Source: a virus. From it: 64,000 bases of DNA. The stretch lies in IMG/VR virus record IMGVR_UViG_3300045988_175328, positions 1 through 64,000 of that record; one strand, written 5' to 3'. A program made the translations under genes and the position numbers. Under the pieces are notes generated by a model. That model did no database searches. It saw only the letters and a list, made by a program, of their open reading frames with translations, and was not told the DNA's origin. How positions within the stretch are numbered: the stretch's first letter is position 1; every line of letters begins with the position of its first letter. Below, in pieces: positions 36,789-45,860 of the stretch.

Positions 36789-36880
36789 GCAAGGTTTCAT
36801 GTCTTGTAATTTAGAAAAGACATTTTCTAAGTACCCTCCTTGGTTGCCCACAGTAACGCATGCTGTGGGCATTTTATTTT
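36789..36880 (+). ncRNA. ~90-nt promoter-proximal structured RNA ending in an intrinsic terminator (sRNA or attenuating leader)
   Basis: Hairpin ATGTCTT / AAGACAT, single-stranded CCCTCCTTGG (anti-SD-like), and terminator GCCCACAG / CTGTGGGC + ATTTTATTTT (36846-36880). Confidence 0.45.
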
Positions 36881-36882
36881 AC

Positions 36883-37260
36883 ATGAAAGAGGTGTTTATT
36901 ATTATTTTATTTGGCGGTAACAACCAAATTATGTTAACGAATGGTCAACGTCTTATTGGAACTATCGGTGAAGACGAAGAACTTCTTGTCAAAGGATACG
37001 GAGATTCTGTATTTAAACTCGAAATAAAAGATCATGGTATGAAGCAAATGCTTCGAGTATCTCTACAGTCCCAAAATAATCAATATGGAACACAATTAGT
37101 CATTTCTGAGTTTAATCATAAAGTTGGCGACGAAGTTAAATTCGAAAATTCTAATACTGTTTGGACTGTAATTTCTATTGAAGAAACAGAGGAACCAGCA
37201 TACCAAATTTTATGTGAAGTCCCAGTAAAGATTAACAATTTTCAATTTGATTCCTTTTAA
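36883..37260 (+). CDS. hypothetical protein (start uncertain: ATG 36883 or 36931)
   Basis: The track ORF 36646-37260 runs through the tRNA, promoter and terminator. Only the part after the terminator is plausible coding sequence. Confidence 0.45.
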   Translation: MKEVFIIILFGGNNQIMLTNGQRLIGTIGEDEELLVKGYGDSVFKLEIKDHGMKQMLRVSLQSQNNQYGTQLVISEFNHKVGDEVKFENSNTVWTVISIEETEEPAYQILCEVPVKINNFQFDSF

Positions 37261-37310
37261 GGTTGCATGTTAAAATAGAGGTATACATGCAACTAGGAAA
37301 GGATTTTCAA

Positions 37311-39587
37311 ATGGATATTTTAATTAAAAAACGCAATGGTACAAGTGAACCATTAGACGTGGAAAAAACAAAACGTATGATTTCTTTTGCCTGTAAAGGA
37401 CTTGAAGATTGCAATCCACTTGATTTAGAAATGGATGCGAAACTTCAGTTTGTTGAGAACATGACAACAAAAGAAATTCAAAAGATTTTAATTCAGTCGG
37501 CTATCGAAAAAGTAATTCAAAAAGTAGATGATGGATTCGGCAATCGAGTGAATCGAATGACATCTAATTGGCAATATGTGGCGGCACGATTATACTTATT
37601 TGATCTATATAAAGAAGCTGCTATTGCACGAGAATATACTACTTTTGGATATGGATCTTATATAGAATTAATTAAAAAATTAATTGTATCTGGTAACTAT
37701 AATGAAGATATTTTTTGCAAATATTCTTATGCAAATCTTGTAGAATTAAGTTCTTATATCAAACCAGAACGAGATTATTTATTTAATTACGAAGGCGTTA
37801 AATTGCTTTCTGATCGCTATCTTGTTAAAGGATTTAATAAAGAAGTATATGAACTGCCACAAGAACGATTTATGACGATTGCAATTCATTTAGCATCAGT
37901 CGAAAAAGATAAAGTATATTGGGCTAAAAAGTTCTATGACATGCTATCTTTATTAAAGATGACAGTGGCAACACCAACACTTGCTAATGCCGGAACTAAT
38001 TTTCCACAATTAAGTTCTTGTTTTATCTCGGCAGTAGATGATAGCTTATCTTCTATTTACGATGTAAATACTAAGTTCTCTCGTGTTTCTAAAGAAGGCG
38101 GAGCTCTTGGTATTTATCTTGGAGATGTGAGAGCTATAAATTCTACAATTCGTGGCTATAAAAATTCTTCAGGCGGAGTTATTCCTTGGGTGCGTTTGTA
38201 TAACGATACGGCTGTAGCCGTCGACCAGTTAGGTAAACGTAAAGGTTCAACTTCTATCACGCTCGACATCTGGCATAAGGATTTATACGAGTTTATTGAA
38301 CTTCGTACAAACAATGGCGACGATCGTCGTAAGGCTCACGATATTTTTCCAGCGATTTCTATTCCTAATATTTTTATGGAGCGATTGATTGCTCGCGAAA
38401 ATTTCTCTTTGTTTGATCCATATGAAGTCAAAAAAGAAATGGGTTATACATTATCTGATTATTTTGACGATGTAAATTCTAAAGAATTTTCTAAACGATA
38501 TCAAGAGTGCGAAGCAAACAAAAAGATTTCTCGTATCGAAGTTCCAGCTATGGATATTATGAAGAAAATCATGAAGTCTGCTGTAGAAACAGGTACACCA
38601 TTTATTTTCTTCCGAGATACAGTAAATCAAGCAAATCCTAATAAACATCGAGGTATGATTAAATCATCTAATCTTTGTCATGAGATTACTCAGAATATGA
38701 GTCCTTCAATTCTCAAAGAAAGCATTGAAGAAAATGGATACGTAGTCGAACGATTTATTCCCGGTGACATGGTTACATGTAATCTTAATTCTATTAATTT
38801 AGGGCGTTATAATAAAGAAACGGCAGCTGAAGATATTTCAACACAAATTCGCATGCTTGACAATGTAATTAGCGTTAACATGTTCCCGACAGTAGAAGCT
38901 GGTATTACATCCAATAAATATCGCGCGATCGGTCTTGGCACTAGTGGATATCATCATTACCTCGTTAACAATAATATTAAATGGGAATCTGACGAGCATT
39001 TAAAAGAAGCTAATTCTTTGTTCGAAGATATTGCTTACTACGCTATTAAAGCTTCGATGGAACTTGCTAAAGAGCTTGGTCCGTATCCAGAATTCTATGG
39101 TTCTGAATGGCAAAATGGTATATATTTTGAACGCCGCGGATACATTTCTCCACGATGGCAAGAATTAAAACAAGAAGTAATGAAATATGGTATTCGTAAT
39201 GGATATTTAATTGCAATTGCTCCAACAGGAAGCACTTCTAATATTGCTAACACAACTGCTGGTATTGACCCTATCTTTAAAAAATTCTTTATCGAAGAAA
39301 AGAAAGGCAGCTTTACACCTAAAACGGCGCCAGATTTAAATAGTAAAAATATGTGGCTATATAAAGAAGCCCATACAATTGACCAACAATGGTCTATTAA
39401 AGCTTGCGGTATTCGTCAACGTCATGTTGACCAGGCCCAATCTTTTAATCTTTACATTACTCCAGAAATTTCAGCAAAAGAAATTTTTGATATGTATGTG
39501 TCTTGCTGGAAAAACGGAGTAAAAACTATTTATTATATTCGTAATCAATCTTTAGAAATGGACGAGTGTACAAGTTGTTCATCTTAA
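37311..39587 (+). CDS. nrdE: ribonucleotide reductase class Ib alpha subunit NrdE
   Basis: ATPTLANAGT, SSCFI, NLCHEI, PTGSTS and a C-terminal CTSCSS tail. Start at ATG 37311 behind AGGAAAGGA. Confidence 0.9.
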   Translation: MDILIKKRNGTSEPLDVEKTKRMISFACKGLEDCNPLDLEMDAKLQFVENMTTKEIQKILIQSAIEKVIQKVDDGFGNRVNRMTSNWQYVAARLYLFDLYKEAAIAREYTTFGYGSYIELIKKLIVSGNYNEDIFCKYSYANLVELSSYIKPERDYLFNYEGVKLLSDRYLVKGFNKEVYELPQERFMTIAIHLASVEKDKVYWAKKFYDMLSLLKMTVATPTLANAGTNFPQLSSCFISAVDDSLSSIYDVNTKFSRVSKEGGALGIYLGDVRAINSTIRGYKNSSGGVIPWVRLYNDTAVAVDQLGKRKGSTSITLDIWHKDLYEFIELRTNNGDDRRKAHDIFPAISIPNIFMERLIARENFSLFDPYEVKKEMGYTLSDYFDDVNSKEFSKRYQECEANKKISRIEVPAMDIMKKIMKSAVETGTPFIFFRDTVNQANPNKHRGMIKSSNLCHEITQNMSPSILKESIEENGYVVERFIPGDMVTCNLNSINLGRYNKETAAEDISTQIRMLDNVISVNMFPTVEAGITSNKYRAIGLGTSGYHHYLVNNNIKWESDEHLKEANSLFEDIAYYAIKASMELAKELGPYPEFYGSEWQNGIYFERRGYISPRWQELKQEVMKYGIRNGYLIAIAPTGSTSNIANTTAGIDPIFKKFFIEEKKGSFTPKTAPDLNSKNMWLYKEAHTIDQQWSIKACGIRQRHVDQAQSFNLYITPEISAKEIFDMYVSCWKNGVKTIYYIRNQSLEMDECTSCSS

Positions 39588-39601
39588 AACGGAGGCCTAA
39601 A

Positions 39602-39940
39602 ATGAACGTATTCATTTCACAACCGATGAAGGGGTTAACAATCCAAGAAATTAATGCTGAACGTATTTATGTTCTTGAGGCGTTAGAAAAATATTATAAT
39701 GAAGAAATTGTTCTTATTGAGCAATTCTTCGACAAAGATTTACATTATACTCCAGTCACTTGTTTAGCTGAGTCTTTAAAAATGATGGAACATGCTGATG
39801 TGATTGTATTCACTGGTAAGTGGGAAGCAGCTCGTGGCTGTCAGATCGAGCATAAAGTTGCTCGAGAGTATGGAGTAGCTAAAATTGCATATGCTATTAA
39901 AACACCAGAAGGTGTTCAAATTTTAGAAGAACAAATTTAA
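39602..39940 (+). CDS. DUF4406 / nucleoside 2-deoxyribosyltransferase-like protein
   Basis: MNVFISQPMKGLTIQEI... and WEAARGCQIEHKVA fit that small Rossmann-like family (from memory). ACGGAGG RBS. Confidence 0.4.
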   Translation: MNVFISQPMKGLTIQEINAERIYVLEALEKYYNEEIVLIEQFFDKDLHYTPVTCLAESLKMMEHADVIVFTGKWEAARGCQIEHKVAREYGVAKIAYAIKTPEGVQILEEQI

Positions 39941-39964
39941 ACTAACTAACCAAGGAGGACTATC

Positions 39965-40993
39965 ATGCAAAAGAAATTAATTTTTAACGAAAATGGCGAC
40001 CGCGGAACTCAATCTATGATTTTAGGGAACACAACTAATTTACGTGAATGGAATCGTATTAAATATGATTGGGCCAATCAGTTATATCGTACAATGCTTA
40101 ATAACTTCTGGATTCCAGAAGAAATCTCGTTAGGAGAAGATGTTAAGCAGTTCCCGTATTTAACAGATAGCGAACGCCGTGCTTTCGATAAAGTAATTGC
40201 TTTTCTAAACTTCTTAGATTCAATTCAAAGTGAAAACTTGCCAAACTTAAGTCGCTACATTACAGCACCTGAAGTGGCATCTTTATTAAATATTCAGGCT
40301 TTTCAAGAAGAAATTCATGCTCAATCTTATTCTTATATCTTGGATACTGTAACAAATCCAATCACTCGTGATGCAATTTATGATGAGTGGCGTACCGATG
40401 AAAATCTTTTAAAACGTAATCGTTTCATTGCAGACATCTATCAACGCTTTAATGAAAATCCTTCGATTACTAATTTAATTGAATGTATCATGGCCAACTA
40501 TATTTTAGAAGGCATTTATTTCTATTCTGGATTTAGTTTCTTCTATACATTAGCTCGCCAAGGTAAAATGAGCGCAACAGCAACTATCTTTAAATATATA
40601 AATCGTGACGAAGTAACACACTTAATTATCTTTCAAAATATTATTAAAGAGTTGCGCCAAGAAAATCCAGATATGTTCACCGAAGAATTACAAGAACAAC
40701 TTCTCGATATGTTAAAAACAGGAGTTGAACATGAAATTGAATGGGGCGCCTATGTTACCGACAATAAAATTTTAGGATTAAACAATGAGCTAATCGCTAA
40801 ATACATTAAATATTTAGGTAATAAACGTGCCGATGCAATTGGTCTTCGAATTCCTTATCCTGAGATCAAAGATAATCCAATGGAATGGATTGAAAGCTTC
40901 TCTAATCTAAATGATACTAAAACAGATTTCTTTGAAGCTAAAGTAACTAATTATACTAAAGCAGCTGCTTTTGATTTTGATGAGTTAGAGTAG
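39965..40993 (+). CDS. nrdF: ribonucleotide reductase class Ib beta subunit NrdF
   Basis: Di-metal ligand motifs FQEEIHAQSYSY, LEGIYFYSGF, INRDEVTHL. Acidic C-terminal tail FDFDELE. Confidence 0.9.
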   Translation: MQKKLIFNENGDRGTQSMILGNTTNLREWNRIKYDWANQLYRTMLNNFWIPEEISLGEDVKQFPYLTDSERRAFDKVIAFLNFLDSIQSENLPNLSRYITAPEVASLLNIQAFQEEIHAQSYSYILDTVTNPITRDAIYDEWRTDENLLKRNRFIADIYQRFNENPSITNLIECIMANYILEGIYFYSGFSFFYTLARQGKMSATATIFKYINRDEVTHLIIFQNIIKELRQENPDMFTEELQEQLLDMLKTGVEHEIEWGAYVTDNKILGLNNELIAKYIKYLGNKRADAIGLRIPYPEIKDNPMEWIESFSNLNDTKTDFFEAKVTNYTKAAAFDFDELE

Positions 40994-41001
40994 GTGATAT
41001 T

Positions 41002-41379
41002 ATGATTGCAAAAGTAGTTAATAGATTCGAAGCTCATATTAATGGTATTGCTTTTGATGATGAAGAATGGTTCCAATTTATTGGGCGTTTAATTGAACTT
41101 ATTGAAGATATGACAAATACAGAAGTTCCATTCACTTTTGTATTAGATATTAAAGAAGCATTTCAAGATTATTTTGGAAAAAATGCAAATTTTGAAGAAC
41201 TTCATAAAATAATCAATCGTTGCTTTTTCCTTTCAACAGATAACTTCAAAGAAATTTATCTTCCGACAAATAATATTAAAGATCTAAATTTTATTTTTGA
41301 TTACTCTGATAAGTTTGATGAAATTAATCGAAAAATAAAAGATTGGGATAATACTTACGGAAAGGAACCTGAACAATGA
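41002..41379 (+). CDS. hypothetical protein
   Basis: 125-aa ORF. Confidence 0.5.
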   Translation: MIAKVVNRFEAHINGIAFDDEEWFQFIGRLIELIEDMTNTEVPFTFVLDIKEAFQDYFGKNANFEELHKIINRCFFLSTDNFKEIYLPTNNIKDLNFIFDYSDKFDEINRKIKDWDNTYGKEPEQ

Positions 41380-43589
41380 GAGATTTAATTATTCTACGTG
41401 GATGTCCTGGTTCAGGTAAAACTACTGCATTAAAAGAATCAGGATTAGAGAATTATTCCATCAGTTCTGATAAAATCCGATTAATGCTTCGAGCTCCTGA
41501 ATCAATGATCGATGGCAAAATGCAAATTAGCCAAATGGATAATCAATATGTATTTAAAGTCTTAAATGAAATACTCGAGTCTCGTATGAAAAATGGTTCT
41601 CCAACAATTATCGATGCAACTCATTGTGGTTCGCAAAAATGGCACTCTAAACAAATGAATCACTATCGTAATCTTGCTAAGCAATATAAATATCGATTGT
41701 TCTATTGGGAACCGGAAATTGAAAAATGTTCAGTCTATATCGATCGTAACAAAGAACGAGAAGAATTGTATCAAGTACCAGATTCAGTAATTGAAAAAAT
41801 GTATCAAAATTGGAAATCTGTTCCAATGCATCGAGACTTTACTAAAATTAATTCTATTAAATTTAGAAATGATCTTGAAGGATTCGATACTGATATTTCT
41901 GAACGATATAAAAATATAATCGTCGTTGGCGATATTCATGGATGCTATGAGCCACTAAAAGAATTAGTAGTTAAATATGATATTCATGATGAATCTAATT
42001 TATTTATTTTTGTCGGCGATTATTTCGATCGAGGTATTCAGAATCTAGAAGTTTTAGATTTCTTTTTTGATGTTTATGAGCAAAAGAACGTCATCCTTCT
42101 TGAAGGTAATCATGAAGCTCATTGGATTGACTGGGCTTTTGAAGAAAAACGTGAAGATAGTGGTATGTTTAGATTTATTAATACTACTTTAAAAGAGTGG
42201 AGAATTAAATATAAAAACGAAAACGAATTAAAGAAAAATTTAAGACTTCTTCATCGTAAATTAATTCCAGCTTGTTATTTTAATTTTAATGGCCAAAAAT
42301 ATTTAGTAACACATGCTGGGCTTACTTGTGCTCCTAAAGAAAATATGGCAGCTTGGCAATATATTGCTGGTCACGGTAAATATGAACACAATATATCACA
42401 AGAGTTTGAGAATTATATTAAAGAATCTGGCAATAATATTATTCAAATTTTCGGTCATAGATCTGGATTAATTTCTGAACATTCTAAGCCACTTGAAGGT
42501 CAAGTTGAATTTGGTGGCCATTTGAAATATTTTGTAATAAATAAAGATGGCTCTGAATTATGTAGAATTAAAAATGATATGTATGACAAAAATTCTTTAG
42601 AAAATGATCAAAAATTAAAAAAAATATTTAGTGGCAAATTAATTCAAACAGATGATGATAGAATTAATGTTATTGCGAATAGCCGCCATGTAATTGCAAA
42701 AAAATTACCTGATAATTTAATGAGTCTGAATTTTACTAAAGATGCATTTTATAATGCTATTTGGAATGACATTACTATTAAAGCCAGAGGTTTATTTGTT
42801 GATCAAACTACTGGAGAAGTAATAGCGAGAAGTTACAATAAATTTTTTAATTTTGGAGAACGTTCTGAAAAAGATATTGAAGTTCAAAATTTAATTTATC
42901 CATTACGTATTGCTCGAAAAGAAAATGGGTTCCTTGGAATTATTTCTTGGGACCATCGTAACAATAAAATGATTGTTGCCTCTAAAAGTACAACAAAAGC
43001 TGAATACGTGGGATATTTTAAAGATGTTCTTGATCAAGTTAATAAACAAAATCTAGATTTAATATTAGATATTTGTAAGAAAAATAATGTAAGCGCTATC
43101 TTTGAAGTGTGTCATCCAGAAGATATTCATATTGTAGACTACAATAAAGAAAAGAAACTTTTCTTACTCGATTTTGTAAAGAACTCTTTAGATATTGAAG
43201 GACATGATATTATGTTCTCTCAAAGACTGCTTAATAGATGTCATGATCTTTTAGATAAAAACGATCAATATTTAAAAATAGTTGAATATCAATATGTAAA
43301 CTCTGAAGAAGAATATAAATATATTGCCGAAAAATATTTGACTGACGATAATATCGAAGGATATGTTTGTACTGACCGTTCTGGTAAAATGTATAAACAA
43401 AAATCAGCTTCATATTTACTTTGGAAACGGCGCCGAAGAATTCTTGAGAGTATTTACTCTAATTATAATATCCCAGAGGAAATAGAAGAAGAAGAAAGAG
43501 AATTCATAGAATTCTTAAAAAGAAACGAAACTAAATTTGATTCAATTATTGAAGCGAAAAAGGCTTTTGAACTTGACAACAATAAATAG
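41376..43589 (+). CDS. trifunctional RNA repair enzyme: P-loop polynucleotide kinase + metallophosphatase + RNA-ligase-like nucleotidyltransferase
   Basis: N-terminus LRGCPGSGKTT. Centre VVGDIHGC...VGDYFDRG...LEGNHE (calcineurin-like phosphoesterase). C-terminus ARKENGFLGII (ligase motif I KxxG lysine). Confidence 0.7.
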   Translation: MRDLIILRGCPGSGKTTALKESGLENYSISSDKIRLMLRAPESMIDGKMQISQMDNQYVFKVLNEILESRMKNGSPTIIDATHCGSQKWHSKQMNHYRNLAKQYKYRLFYWEPEIEKCSVYIDRNKEREELYQVPDSVIEKMYQNWKSVPMHRDFTKINSIKFRNDLEGFDTDISERYKNIIVVGDIHGCYEPLKELVVKYDIHDESNLFIFVGDYFDRGIQNLEVLDFFFDVYEQKNVILLEGNHEAHWIDWAFEEKREDSGMFRFINTTLKEWRIKYKNENELKKNLRLLHRKLIPACYFNFNGQKYLVTHAGLTCAPKENMAAWQYIAGHGKYEHNISQEFENYIKESGNNIIQIFGHRSGLISEHSKPLEGQVEFGGHLKYFVINKDGSELCRIKNDMYDKNSLENDQKLKKIFSGKLIQTDDDRINVIANSRHVIAKKLPDNLMSLNFTKDAFYNAIWNDITIKARGLFVDQTTGEVIARSYNKFFNFGERSEKDIEVQNLIYPLRIARKENGFLGIISWDHRNNKMIVASKSTTKAEYVGYFKDVLDQVNKQNLDLILDICKKNNVSAIFEVCHPEDIHIVDYNKEKKLFLLDFVKNSLDIEGHDIMFSQRLLNRCHDLLDKNDQYLKIVEYQYVNSEEEYKYIAEKYLTDDNIEGYVCTDRSGKMYKQKSASYLLWKRRRRILESIYSNYNIPEEIEEEEREFIEFLKRNETKFDSIIEAKKAFELDNNK

Positions 43590-43601
43590 TTAAGGTACAA
43601 T
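43573..43601 (+). promoter_or_regulatory. near-consensus sigma-A promoter
   Basis: TTGACA (43573-43578), 17-nt spacer, TACAAT (43596-43601). Confidence 0.65.
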
Positions 43602-43608
43602 TAGTATG

Positions 43609-43779
43609 TAATCAGGCTAAGCCTGTATATACGCTCCTGCCATAAGGCGGCGAGATGGCAAAACTTCTTTTTAATTTCTCGGAACACCAACCGAGACATT
43701 TTTCCAACTGGAATAATCTTACGCTCCAAAAGATTAAACCGAAAAGACGCCCTGTGCTTAGCGCAGGGCATTCTTTTTG
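43609..43779 (+). ncRNA. ~170-nt structured RNA (sRNA or regulatory leader) ending in an intrinsic terminator
   Basis: Hairpins CAGGC-TAA-GCCTG, TGCCAT...ATGGCA and CTCGG...CCGAG. Terminator GCCCTGTGC-TTA-GCGCAGGGC + ATTCTTTTT (43749-43779). No plausible + strand ORF. Confidence 0.5.
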
Positions 43780-43792
43780 AGAAAGGAAAGGC

Positions 43793-44002
43793 ATGCAAGA
43801 AACAGTTGAACTAATTGTAAAAATGTTTCCAGAGATTCTTGTTAATTCTCATAAGACGCATGAAGAAATTGTCGTAACTAAAAATAATCGACAAATTTTC
43901 TTTAAAGTCTATCCTGAGTACACATTAATCTTCGACGGAATCAATGAGCCTATCAGGACTAAATCAATTCAAGAACTTGAACAATATATTTGTTCATGTT
44001 AG
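43793..44002 (+). CDS. hypothetical protein
   Basis: 69-aa ORF with a GAAAGGAAAGG RBS. Confidence 0.5.
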   Translation: MQETVELIVKMFPEILVNSHKTHEEIVVTKNNRQIFFKVYPEYTLIFDGINEPIRTKSIQELEQYICSC

Positions 44003-44179
44003 CTTCAGACAAAAAGCCGCCTGACGGCGACTATTTGTCTCTTCTCTTTTTAATTCATGTTACACGGTACAAAAAAATGGAACTAAACACACATTTAATG
44101 TCGTTAGTACTAATGGCAAATTTAATTATCTTCATTTTAATTTTCTTGTATGCGGGAAGAGAATCTGAAAGGAATCAAT

Positions 44180-44632
44180 ATGGAAAAACAAATTTCAAAA
44201 ATAATTACAAATAACATTTTTGAAAACCTTATCGACATCTTTGCTTCAAAAGGATATCGATATATTGTTAAATTAAATAATGGAAGATATTATTTAACGA
44301 CAATTAAGCCTTCTCATACCAAAGATGAAACTGGCCTCGATCAAAAAGATTATCTTACAAAACCAATTACTGCTCTAAAAGAATTAGGATTAATTACTGA
44401 TTTTAAACAATCCGTATTCGATATTTATGATTACCTTGGGATTGCAGAATTGTTTGATCTTAAGAAAGGCGATAAAGTTTTAGTATCTCATGATGGATTT
44501 AATTGGAAAAAAGCATATTATTCCTATTACGATGATTTCATGGATAGATACTATGTTTTCATTAACGGCAGAACAGAGTGGTCTTCTAATGGCAAAACAG
44601 AATTTTTTGAGTTCATTAAGGTTGAGAAATAA
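44180..44632 (+). CDS. hypothetical protein
   Basis: ORF, with start moved to ATG 44180 (MEKQISK...). Confidence 0.5.
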   Translation: MEKQISKIITNNIFENLIDIFASKGYRYIVKLNNGRYYLTTIKPSHTKDETGLDQKDYLTKPITALKELGLITDFKQSVFDIYDYLGIAELFDLKKGDKVLVSHDGFNWKKAYYSYYDDFMDRYYVFINGRTEWSSNGKTEFFEFIKVEK

Positions 44633-45045
44633 TGGCTAAAGAAAGAAAAAACGAACAAGAATTAAATTTTAAAGGATATCCTATCATTCGAATGATTACC
44701 AAAGAAGGCAAATTATATTTTTCTTTTAGAGATATCCTAAATGCATTGAATCCTAATTTTGTTTCTAAATCTCACAAAAGTGCTACTGATTATGGAATGC
44801 AGAAACATTGTATTCTCGTTGAAAACTCTAAAAAACGATTGGCATATTATATCTCTTCTAAAGGTATTGAAGAATTTTTTAAATTGCCTCAAGTTAAAGC
44901 ACTTGGTGCTCGTTCTGAAGTGCTCAATTTAAATCTTTTAAAAATAATCAATCCAGTTCGAACAAGAAAAAAAGTAGTTCGTCCTAAAAAACGAATCAAA
45001 AAAACTTGGTGGCAACGTTTTAAAGAATTTTTTGGAGTAAGTTAG
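44632..45045 (+). CDS. Bro-N / KilA-N-like DNA-binding protein with a basic tail
   Basis: ELNFKGYPIIRMITKEGKLYFSFRDILNALN fits the Bro-N pattern F..G..vR.i..dG..wF...Di..aLg. Confidence 0.45.
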   Translation: MAKERKNEQELNFKGYPIIRMITKEGKLYFSFRDILNALNPNFVSKSHKSATDYGMQKHCILVENSKKRLAYYISSKGIEEFFKLPQVKALGARSEVLNLNLLKIINPVRTRKKVVRPKKRIKKTWWQRFKEFFGVS

Positions 45046-45504
45046 ATGGCTAAAAACTTTAGAGGATTTGAAGTAATTAAGGAATATAAAGATAAACCTA
45101 TTGTAATGCCAGAACGAAAAACATTAAAAAGTGCAGGCTATGATATTTCTTCAGCTGAAACATATATATTAGAGCCTAAAACTTGTTACTTGATTCCGAC
45201 AGGATTAAAAGCATATATGTTAGATAATGAATTTTTATCATTATACATTCGTTCCAGTATGGCTATTAAACATAATTTGTCTTTAACAAATTCCGTAGCG
45301 ATTATCGATTCTGACTATTACAATAATCCAAATAATGAAGGCCACATTATGATTGGTATTCGAAATAATTCTGAAGAGCCATTTTTACTTGAAAAAGGTA
45401 CTCGTATTGCTCAGGGTGTATTCATGAGCTATGGTATTATTGATGGCGATAAAGCATATCGAACTAGAGTCGGTGGAATTGGTAGTACAGGTCTAGGTAA
45501 ATGA
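45046..45504 (+). CDS. dut: dUTP diphosphatase (trimeric dUTPase)
   Basis: KSAGYDI, AIIDSDYYNNPNNEGHI, RIAQGV, RVGGIGSTG. Confidence 0.9.
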   Translation: MAKNFRGFEVIKEYKDKPIVMPERKTLKSAGYDISSAETYILEPKTCYLIPTGLKAYMLDNEFLSLYIRSSMAIKHNLSLTNSVAIIDSDYYNNPNNEGHIMIGIRNNSEEPFLLEKGTRIAQGVFMSYGIIDGDKAYRTRVGGIGSTGLGK

Positions 45505-45674
45505 GGTACGATCCATTTACCGAAGTAATTTTGTTCACTATCTGTGCTTTAATTTTACTTCTCGGCCATGCTATTATAATGAAATTTCAATATATAAGAA
45601 CAGCATTCGCAGTCATATTTTTTCAGACTGCGATTTGTTTTTATTTAATATTTAATTATTTTAAGAAAGGATAA
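45501..45674 (+). CDS. small two-helix membrane protein (57 aa; below the ORF-track cut-off)
   Basis: ATG overlaps the dut stop (ATGA). Two hydrophobic segments, VILFTICALILLLG and FAVIFFQTAICFYLIF. Confidence 0.4.
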   Translation: MRYDPFTEVILFTICALILLLGHAIIMKFQYIRTAFAVIFFQTAICFYLIFNYFKKG

Positions 45675-45677
45675 TAA

Positions 45678-45860
45678 ATGACAGAGCTTTTATTAATTAA
45701 AATTTTAGTTCTTATCTCATTTGCATTTTTAGCATATAAGATTACGTATCGTATCATTAAATATGTGACAAATATAAAAGAACACCCTAAATTAGATGCG
45801 GCTGTTGTCTCCGGCATCTTATCTTTATTTTTCTATGATTTGTTTTTGAGATTTATTTAG
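45678..45860 (+). CDS. small membrane protein
   Basis: 60 aa with hydrophobic segments LLLIKILVLISFAFLAY and VVSGILSLFFYDLF. Confidence 0.5.
   Translation: MTELLLIKILVLISFAFLAYKITYRIIKYVTNIKEHPKLDAAVVSGILSLFFYDLFLRFI

Noticed and set aside
36646-36882. 5' part of track ORF 36646-37260.
   Set aside because: It reads through a tRNA-like gene, a consensus promoter and an intrinsic terminator. Only the segment after 36883 is kept as a possible CDS.
43601-43798. Two overlapping minus-strand ORFs (65 and 60 aa) in the 43.6-kb gap.
   Set aside because: No RBS, and they oppose the uniform + strand organisation. The region has a + strand promoter, hairpins and a terminator, so a structured RNA is the better explanation.
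43990-44214. 74-aa ORF (or a 45-aa version from ATG 44077) with one hydrophobic segment.
   Set aside because: No RBS at either start, and it overlaps the next gene. It cannot be supported from sequence alone, though it might be a real small membrane protein.
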